DNA of 64,000 nucleotides from Octopus vulgaris. Taxonomy: Eukaryota. Shown piece after piece: positions 54,165 through 64,000 of this stretch (its first letter is position 1; each line of letters starts with the position of its first letter). The DNA lies in the NCBI GenBank assembly GCA_951406725.2, contig OX597828.1:28024001-28088000 (forward strand). The letters are read 5' to 3'. The translations under genes were made by a program, and so were the position numbers. The notes beneath the pieces are model-generated. The model had not been told where the DNA came from. It was given only the letters and a program-made list of their open reading frames with translations, and did no database searches.

Positions 54165-54668
54165 ATATTGTGAAGACCTGTTGAGGCAAGTGAGAATCAA
54201 AATCGAAATCGATCAACATCAATGGGAATTGTAGCTGTGATACCAGTGCCGGTGGCACGTAAGCAAACCATCCGAATGTGGCCATTGCCAGCCCCGCCCC
54301 GACGGGCCTCCGTGCCAGTGGCACGTAAAAAGCACCATCCGATCGTGGCCATTGCCAGCCTCGCCTGGCCCCCATGCTGGTGGCATGTAAAAAGCACCAT
54401 CCGATCGTGGCTGTTGCCAGCCTCGCCTGGCTTCCGTGCCGGTGGCACGTAAAAAGCACCATCCGATCGTGGCCGTTTGCCAGCCACGTCTGGCACGTAA
54501 AAAGCACCCACTACATTCATGGAGTGGTTAGCGTTAGGAAGGGCATCCAGCCGTAGAAACATTGCCAGATCAGACTGGGCCTGGTGCAGCCTTCTGGCTT
54601 CCCAGACCCCAGTTGAACCGTCCAACCCATGCTAGCATGGAAAGCGGATGCTAAATGATGATGATGAT
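54165..54668 (+). mobile_element. RTE LINE 3' UTR, young CpG-rich copy with five internal repeats
   Basis: gtggcac-type motif at 54252, 54318, 54380, 54442 and ~54490; conserved tail and (GAT)n. Confidence 0.9.
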
Positions 54669-54689
54669 GGTCCATTGAATTACTTACAT

Positions 54690-54870
54690 GATTAAGTCCT
54701 TCAAATTCCCTGTCGAGCACAAACCATCAATGACTTTTCTCCCTTGTTCATATCTCTGGGTGAGCTTTTCTGTTTCCCTCCTGTTGGATCCCTGCATTTA
54801 CAGCTCTGCTTGCTGCACTGTGTCATATATTTTCCCTGAAGAAAGGCCTTCATCTTGCAGCTTTTGTTGG
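54690..54870 (-). mobile_element. RTE LINE 3' coding end, decayed
   Basis: TEKLTQR...RKVIDGLCSTG, resembling the RTE terminal LAQDR..WR..V.GLCS motif. Confidence 0.5.
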
Positions 54871-55785
54871 TTTTGAAGTGTGTCATTAATGCTCTTATAA
54901 CTTGGTCTTTTGAGGCCTATATTTTCCCTGCTCACTTGTCAACTATTTTCAAAGTGTTCTAGGTGCATCGTATCCTGGCACCAGCACCAGTGAGTTTGCT
55001 TTGTCCACACAACACAAAAAGATCTTCGCTACTTAAATTTGCCACTGTTCATTTCCAGGCAACAAAACCAGTAGAGTGGATAAAAAAAAAACACAGTAAG
55101 AAACTACAAAAGATTAATTAGGGCGAGGCGAAGAAAGAAGCATGAATATAAAGGAGGAAATAAAGTTATTGGAATTACCGAGTGCAAGAAGAGGGAGAAA
55201 TGGAAGAGGGGAGAGACAGTAATGGAAGGTGTAAATGCAAGAGATACACTAACAGAAACTACAAACTGTGTTAGTTTATAAAACTGAAATAACAGCATTC
55301 AGTTGATACATCCATTTGTTTATGTCCAAACTTATAAGAAAAAATTTAAGAGAAAGGCTAACATGTTCTTTGTAGCAATTCCATTTTTACAGCATCAGTT
55401 TTTCTACTTCCTAAATAGTCCTTTCCATTTATCAATGATGTAGTAACATAATAACTCATTATACAGTTCTATAGACTCATTTTCCATCTATTGACAAACT
55501 GTCAACATGAGTTTATCAATGAAAAGCTGTGATACTCTCGTTAATTATATTTATGTTATTTTGTTAATTGATATTACGGATGATAGCATAATTACTTCTT
55601 CATTCCTAGGAACCCATTGGAATTTTTTTGCTATTCCTCCTGCTGGTCATCCAATTCTTTGTACATGTAGAATTCCTTAAGGCTTTTGATATTTTATCCC
55701 CCATTTCTAGTTCTCTAACCATGAGGTTAGCAACATCAAAAGACCTACATTGTAATTGTTGCATTAGCAAAAATGAATATAGGTA

Positions 55786-56470
55786 CAGGTGTTGCTGTGC
55801 AGTAAGAGCTTGTTTCTCAACCACATGGTTTCAAGGTTCAGTCCCACTGCATAAAACATTGGTCAAGTGTCTTCTACTATAGGCTCAGGCCAACCAAAGT
55901 CTTGTCAGTGGATTTGGTAGATGGAAACTGAAAGAAGTCCAGTGTATGTATGTATGTATCTATCTACCTGTCTGTCTCTATCTATCCATTAATCTATCTA
56001 TCATCTTTATGCAGCTAAGGATTGCTCTGCATTTAAATTGATGTGATGATTGCATTGTTCAATTAAATGGAGTTGCTTGAAACGATCGTACTGCATTACT
56101 TCTGGATATCCTTATTGCTTATTTTGATTTTAATCACCTTATTTTGAAATTGTATGGATAATACCGTACTAAATTCTGGTGCCTCAACTTAAGTACCATA
56201 TTCATCTGAAACTAAATTTTTGCATCAATCTATTTAAGTGTGTGAGTCTTTGTGTCTGTGTTTGTTCCCCCGCCCCCCAATGCTTGACCAATTGGTGTTA
56301 GTGTGTTTATGTCCCCGTAACTTATTGGTTCAGGAAAAGTGACCAATAGAACAAGTACAAAGCTTAAAATAACTAAGTCCTGGAATTGATTCTCTTGACC
56401 AAAAATTCTCCAAGGCATTGCCCCAGCATGGCCACAGTCTAATAAGTGAAACAATTAAAAGATAGAAGAC
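55786..56470 (+). mobile_element. SINE family A split by a ~200-bp repeat (56040-56225)
   Basis: 5' half at 55786-55945, 3' half at 56235-56470. Confidence 0.75.
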
Positions 56471-56539
56471 AAAAAGACAGCAAATGAAAGAAAGAGACAT
56501 GAAAATACTGGGCCAAATTCTTTAAAGAATCTGTAAATC

Positions 56540-56800
56540 AAGTGAGTAACTTTCTTTTGGATTGAGTCTGAGAGGTTTGCTGATATTCAACTACAATTTC
56601 ATCAGACATTATGTCTCCACTTGAAAGGAAAAAGAAATTTTGAAATCAGAAGATGAAGGAAATCTTAGCAGATGCAATTTGAGGAAGGAGTAACCTCCAT
56701 CAGCAAAGTCCTCGCTACTTTTTGATATAAGCGATAATATACCATTATTGATCAAATAAAGGAAGTGCTGGAAGAGAACTCTTGTCATTCTTCAGGTAGA
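56540..56800 (+). mobile_element. Possible Tc1/mariner-family transposase N-terminal remnant
   Basis: SERFADIQLQFHQT...IIDQIKEVLEEN. Weak resemblance only. Confidence 0.3.
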
Positions 56801-57214
56801 ACAGTTGCTAATCTGTAATTGATTCTTTGGTAAAGTTTTGGCTAAGCATCCATAAAACATGTTTTGAATCTACTCTTTTTTGGTGGGGGTACTCCATCTC
56901 TTCTCTGTACATGGTAATCTATAGTGTGCAACCTCTATCTAGATCAGCCCAGTATAAAATTTACATTTCTGTTCAATATCAGAGTAGTAGTAGTAGCAGC
57001 AACAGCAGCAGCAGTAGTAGTAGTAGTAGAAATAATCACTCTTCAAAAATAACTGAACTTTAATGTATGTACAAGTCAAGTTAGGATGTTCTAAAGATTT
57101 ATATTTTTATATCAACAGTTCTCTTCATCAAAGTTGTGTCGGTATTGAGATTGTGTGTGTGTGTCTATACATACATGCATACCATCATTATCATCATCAT
57201 TATCATCATCATTA

Positions 57215-57486
57215 TCATCATCATCATCATCATCATCATCGTTTAGTGTCCATTTTCCATGCTGGCATGGGTTGGACAGTTTGACTGAGGACTGGCAAGC
57301 CAGAAGACTGCACCAGGCTCCAATTTGATCTGGCAGAGTTTCTACGGCTGGATGCCCTTCCTAACACGAATCCCTCTGAGAGTGTAGTGGGTGCTTTTTA
57401 CTAGCCACCGGCACAGGGGCCAGTCAAGGGGCAGCGGCATGTGTGTATATGTATATGTGTATATGTGTATGTGTATATATATATAT

Positions 57487-57573
<87 letters not shown>

Positions 57574-57789
57574 GCTGATGCCAGTGCCACCTTGACTGGC
57601 TTCTGTGCCAGTGGCACGTAAAAAACACCCACTACACTCACGGAGTGGTTGGCGTTAGGAAGGGCATCCAGCTGTAGAAACACTGCCAGATCAGACTGGA
57701 GCCTGGTGCAGCCTCCTGGCTTCCCAGACCCCGGTCTAACCGTCCAACCCGTGCTAGCATGGAAAATGGACGTTAAACGATGATGATGA

Positions 57790-57793
<4 letters not shown>
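57215..57793. mobile_element. Divergent pair of RTE 3' UTR ends (57215-57440 minus, 57570-57793 plus) around (AT)n
   Basis: The two arms are approximate reverse complements over ~200 bp. Confidence 0.85.
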
Positions 57794-57852
<59 letters not shown>

Positions 57853-57872
57853 CACACACACATATATATATA

Positions 57873-58105
<233 letters not shown>

Positions 58106-60166
58106 TACACATATATATAAGCACAAACAAGTTAGTCTAGAGTTTCTTCCGATATCCATTTTGTCCGTCTGACTGGTGAATAATCGAGATGTTGAGAATC
58201 CTCCAGAATAACAGTAAAATGCATCAGTCCAAATTTATAATAACTTACTGCTGTATCTAGTTATTTTCTCTCTCTCTTTCTTTAATAATAAAAGTTACAT
58301 GTGTTTGTGGTGCAAGACACCTGTCTTGGATGAACCAGGATGCAACATCAGTGATGTGACTGGAAGTTTTTGGATGTTTCAGTTCTTTTGATGCCAAACA
58401 TTATTTTCCAGGTAACTCAGCTTAAATTAGATTACAACTTAACTGAGACAGCCCGTCTCAGTAGTAATCACCCATGAATCTGCCTCCTTTATTCAAAACC
58501 ATCAGATGACAGTGTCCACAGTTCCACCTGTGGATTTATTGGGCCACCTCTTTGCTGAATCCAATTGATTTAATGTCATGTAAAACAATTACAGCTCACC
58601 ATAATAGGCTCATAGTGTATCTTCCAGTTTTTCTCCTGGCTCCTTCAACTTTGCTATCCAAAACGGTTTTTCATCCCAATACCTACATGCTATTATTTAT
58701 AGTTTTATGTGTGCTTTGAGAACCATTATTCCAAAACAGAATTTATATACACATTCACACACACAAGCACAAACATACACACATTTAATGTTTCGATGTA
58801 GATTATTGTAGATCTAGACAGTTTAACCAAACCTTACTTTAATATCGGAAGGAGACAATTGGAAACAACTGACTGGACATCCAACCTATTTTGGTCACAG
58901 TACATTTTGACACTGAGGCATGCATGCATACACACGCAGAGTGAGAGAAGGAGACATTATACATACATACAAACATAAGTAAATGTTCACACATAAGCAG
59001 AGAAAGTGAGAGAGAGAGAGAGAGAAAGAGAGAAAGAACAAGAGAAATATTAAAATGCCTGAGGTCAAGTAAGTCATCATCAACTCATCAGCACTAATTG
59101 ATGGAGCTAAAACAGCTTAAAATATTTCATAGCTATTCAATATAAAACATTCTTTAAAATATTGTAGAAGGTTTAAGGAAAGAACCCAATAGTCAGGAGT
59201 CTTGTAACTAAACTATCCAGCAACCTGATTCTCTGAACATTCTTGTCCACTGAGCAATGAAATATTTATAGTTATATGAAGTGTCACCAAATCGAGATTA
59301 TCTCCTCTTCTTGGTATCCAGTATCTTTGTGTAAGAATGACCCTAGTTTATTAAATGTCACTATAGCTGCTTAATTATCATATCTACAGCAATGGAATAT
59401 ATCTGAGGAATATTCAAGAAATCAACTTAGTAAAAGAGAGAAAGGTTAACGGAATGGTAACAAGGTGAAGCTATTCATTTCAGTTGAGAAAAAGATTCTC
59501 ATGCAATAGTAACAAAACTGCTTGAGAATGCATTGTAGTCGATTCAGTATAAATTCGACCCTGAGTTATATAAAAGAGAATTGGTGTGAAAATAAGAACA
59601 ATGGCTTCAAAATTCTCATTCTTCTACCAGAGAACATCCATTCATAAATTCTTGTCTGTAGCTTTGGAGCTTCATCTTAGAACCAAAGCCTTTTCAAAAC
59701 TCTATTTACAGAATTGTGTTGGTTTGAAAATGCTTTCAGCTTACCCATGTTTACTTAAAAGCAAGAAGGTTATACTGGTGTCGTTACTTCTCTGTGAATG
59801 AAAATAGTACCAATTAATTGGTACTTACGTACAGTTATGGATGTTTGCTTATAACTGCATTTACTTAAGTTTAATATTGAATTGTGGCTGAAGTTTTTAG
59901 CCAAATACCAGTGACTCAATTTTTTTCACTGAATTTATAGCTTCATTGTTTTAACATCCACTTTTCCTTGCCAGCATGGGTTAGATGGAATTCACTAAGG
60001 CAGATTTTCTCCATACAAATGCTCTGCTTGTAACCAACCCTTACTGGCTTTCAAGCAATTATACAAACACACACACACACATATATATATATATATGTAT
60101 ATATACCCATATATATTCGACAGGCTTCTTTCAGTATTCATCAACCTAATACACTCAATACTTTAA

Positions 60167-60388
60167 CCCATTAAGTCCCACTGTCCTATAAATAGGACAC
60201 TAAAAGAGAACATTAAATAAGCTATATCACATTGTCTCAGTGTCCTATTTATAGGACACAGAGTATTTCCATTTCTACTTGAAGTAAATGAGTTTTAATA
60301 ATTATTTTTTTCACTTTAACCTATTTTCAATCATCTGTAAAAATTTTAAAGTAATATTCAGAAATTTAAGTATCTGGGACTTTATGGG
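60167..60388. mobile_element. piggyBac-type MITE, 222 bp
   Basis: TTAA at 60163-60166 and 60389-60392; 14-bp TIRs cccattaagtccca / tgggactttatggg with 1 mismatch; interrupts a SINE A remnant. Confidence 0.88.
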
Positions 60389-60744
60389 TTAATAGAAGAC
60401 ACTTGCTCCTGGTTCCATGATGTGGGATTGGTCCTTAAACCATACATTTGAGAAATTAACTTCTTACCTTGGTTCTTCAATATTTCAACGCTTCTGAGAC
60501 TGATAGGAAGATCAGAGGGAAGTTATCATTGAACTAGAGTCTTCACTTGAGTGTCTGCACCAGGAACCACCTCTAAAAACACCCAAGGACTGGGTAGTGA
60601 TGTTAAAGTAGGAAAGGGTTGAGTTTGAATTCCAAGTAAGCTAATGTAGGATTTGAACTCCGGACACAAAGAATGGGAACAAATACTGCAATGTATCCTG
60701 TCCAACATTCTAAGATGTTAATATATGCACATGTGTTAAGCCAG

Positions 60745-60955
60745 TGACCTGGCAAAGAGTCATTAGCATACTGGTCAAAACGCTTAGCAGCATTTTGTTC
60801 ATATTCATGCCTCAAGTTCAAATACAGCCAAGGTTGACTTCGCCTTTTATACTTTCAGGATTGATAAAATAAGTACCAATTGAGCACAGGGGTCAATGTA
60901 ACCTTGCTTCCACCCTACCCCAAACTTGCAGGCTTTGTGTCAGAACTTGAAACTA
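60745..60955 (+). mobile_element. SINE family B, old copy
   Basis: aagttcaaat...gttgacttcgccttt...gataaaataagtacc. Confidence 0.7.
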
Positions 60956-60971
60956 ATATATGAGCATATAC

Positions 60972-61110
60972 AAGGTACATTCCAGAAGCTTAGAGATGTT
61001 TTCAAGAGAGACATTTATTAATTTCAAAGTACAAAACTCTAATCTCCTTCAAAGTAAGTGAAGTTTGTGAAGATCCCTTGGAAGTCTCCCACAGTGAAGG
61101 GACTTTTTAA
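60972..61110 (-). mobile_element. mariner 3' end remnant
   Basis: Minus strand tactttgaaggagattag = YFEGD*, a typical mariner C-terminus. Confidence 0.45.
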
Positions 61111-61319
61111 AGTTGGGTACTTATTCTATCAGCCCCTTTTGCCACACTGCTAAGTCATAGGAGTTGTAAACAAATTGAGACCAGTTGTCAAGCAGTGATG
61201 GGAAATAAGTAGGAACAAGTAGAAAAACAACACACATACAATGCTCCAGCCACATGGCCAAAACGAATTAAAGAATACGTGCGCGCGCATGCACACACAC
61301 ACACACACAAACACATAAG

Positions 61320-61413
61320 CACATATATTTGAAAGAATGAGTAGAGATGGCATTTTTGAGATGATAATTTTTATCTTAATCTTAATAATAATGTTTACAG
61401 TGAGTTACTGTAC

Positions 61414-61454
<41 letters not shown>

Positions 61455-61721
61455 GACATACATATATACATATGTGTGTGTGTGTATACATATTCACAGG
61501 GCATTGGTCAACCAAGAACATGCTTACCCAAGGTACCACATAGCTATGCTTGCACACACATACACACACACACATGCACACACACACACACACACACTCA
61601 CACAAACACACACATACACACACACACATAAACACATATACTTGTAAGAATGAGTAGAGATGGCCTTTTTGAGATGATAATTTTTATTTTAATCTTAATA
61701 ATAATGTTTACAGTGAGTTAC

Positions 61722-61764
<43 letters not shown>

Positions 61765-61910
61765 ATATATACATGTGTGTGTGTGTATACATATTCACAG
61801 GGCATTGGTCAACCAAGAACATGCTTACCCAAGGTACCACATAGCTATGCTTACACACACATGCACACACACACACACACACATACACACTCACACAATG
61901 CACACACAAC
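61320..61910. repeat. Local tandem duplication, period 313 bp
   Basis: atgagtagagatgg...caaggtaccacatagctatgctt at 61337 and 61650. Confidence 0.92.
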
Positions 61911-61929
61911 ACACGCATGCATATATCTT

Positions 61930-62655
61930 TCATCTTTTTATCTTTTTCCTTGTTTCAGTCATATGACTGTGGACATGCTGGAGCACTGCCTTGAAGAGTT
62001 TTAATTGAACTATTCAACTCCTAATACTTATTCTATCATTCTCTTTTGTTAAACTGCTAAGTTACGCAGACATAAACACACCAACACCAGTTGTCAAGCA
62101 GTGGTTGAGGGACAAGTAGTTAAGGCGGCGAGCTGGCAGAATCGTTAACACGCCCGGCGAAATACTTAGCGGTATTTTGTCTAACGCTACGTTCTGAGTT
62201 CAAATTCCGCCGAGGTCGACTTTGCCTTTCATCCTTTCGGGGTCGATTAAATAAGTACCAGTCACGCACTGGGGTCGATATAATCGACTTAATCCATTTG
62301 TCTGTCCTTGTTTATCCTCTCTGTGTTTAGCCCCTTGTGGGTAGTAAAGAAATAGGTTGAGGGACAAGCACATACATAAAGACGCATACATACATACATA
62401 CATATATACATATATACATACATACATACATACATACATACATACATACATAAGCATACATTCATACATACATACATACATACATACATACATACATACA
62501 ACAGTCTTCTTTTGGTTTCCATCTACCAAATTCACTCACAAGGCTTTCATTGGCCCTAGGCTATGGTGGGAAACATTTATCCAAGGTGCCACACAATGGA
62601 ACTGAACCCAGAACTATGTAGTCGGGAAGCAAACTTCCTACCACACAGCCACAAC
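61930..62655 (-). mobile_element. SINE family A interrupted by SINE B
   Basis: 3' part at 61930-62116, 5' part at 62355-62655. Confidence 0.8.
62117..62354 (+). mobile_element. SINE family B, young full-length copy with 14-bp TSD
   Basis: ggttgagggacaag at 62103-62116 and 62355-62368; B box gagttcaaattcc. Confidence 0.92.
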
Positions 62656-63282
62656 ATGCCTGAGTATATATATATATCATTTACTGTTTAATTGAACATA
62701 AAATTCCCAGAATCTTACTAATGGCCTTCTATACTAATATCATCTCGTCTTATCAATGTTTAGATATTTGAAGAGATATCTGTTCCATGTGTAAAGTAGC
62801 ATTCTCACTAAAATTAAGAACTATCAGTATCCACTAGAACTAACTCTCTGAAAATGTCTTTAGAGAATCTTACTGTGCATGAAATTAGTTGGACACATGG
62901 TGAATAGGTAGAAGACGGTTCTCTAAAGTATTTTAAGTACTTCAAGAATGGATGCGTTTGCAGTATTTCCAACATATGTGAGATTCATTATGAAGCAATT
63001 AGTTAATTGAAGACTTTAGAATATGCAGGTAAACTGTTAACATTCTCTATTAAGCTGGTTTTTAGTTGATATGTACATATTTATATATGCATACATACAT
63101 ACATACATACATACATGCATATATATATATATATACACACACGCGCACACACATGTATGTATGTATCTATATGTACATATATGTACACTTATACAGATAT
63201 ATACATACATATACATATTCATATATGTATATTATATATATATATATATATGTAAATATATATATGTATATATGTAAATATA

Positions 63283-63313
<31 letters not shown>

Positions 63314-64000
63314 TTATACATATTCATATAAAAATTTATACACACACACAGACACATATAGTTATGCATAAAACATTATTTTATTTGTGATTGATAAATG
63401 TTCTTAAAATTAGAAAATTTCAAAAATTTGAGGTAATCATTAGGTAGCTATTATATCACAAACAGTAATGCAAATATTGCATATTCCCGGTAGGCAAACT
63501 GCCAAATATGGTACTTCAAAGGATGGTAATGAACAGGGGCAGGGCTATCTTTAGTTGCTGTTGAGCCCATGCAAAATATGACTAAGTTGCTGCAAAGAAT
63601 TTAATGCCCCTCATACTGCAATACCTGTAATATATATTCTAACAGTACTGGGAATCAGCACTTCCAGTCACAAGACTTATTACTGCAGATGGGAATCTCT
63701 ACTCAGAGTTGGTAGGGAAATGGTACAAAGTCTTCAGACACTTTGTGCTTCTACTGCTGTAAGTCCAAAAGCAAATCTTTAAAAAGCTTACAATCATTAC
63801 CTTTTCAGATACAAAATCTCATTCTGTTGCTGACTTTACTTGTTTATCATTTAGTTTAATAAATCCCTTGAAATTCATCTCTAAATTTTAAGAATTGTTT
63901 AAGACATTTAATAGATATTGTTTTACATTAGAACTAGTAGGGTGCCAAGAGCACCATCCAAGCATGATCGTTGCCAGAGCTGCCAACTGGCTTTCATGCC

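Overview
Eukaryotic, AT-rich, repeat-saturated DNA, probably intronic or intergenic. The repeat families and microsatellite load suggest a coleoid cephalopod, probably Octopus (inference). No host protein-coding gene, RNA gene or CRISPR array can be supported, and nearly all ORF-track entries are translations of (AT)n/(AC)n/(TAA)n microsatellites or SINEs. The dominant feature is a ~6.6 kb tandem array (about 23150-29765) of a 36-bp unit with 32-bp variants. Its unit carries an internal hairpin, and the array has higher-order periods of ~1026 and ~1437 bp. The rest is a mobile-element record: RTE-clade LINE fragments from several families, one with a tandem-repeat 3' UTR; three stacked R4/Dong-type RLE retrotransposon 3' ends; at least four tRNA-derived SINE families; a non-autonomous Helitron; a Helentron/HINE-like element; a piggyBac-type MITE; and mariner remnants. 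Several insertion junctions are informative: a perfect 42-bp fold-back, filled versus empty sites, TSDs and a possible twin-priming inversion. Coordinates of decayed elements are approximate.
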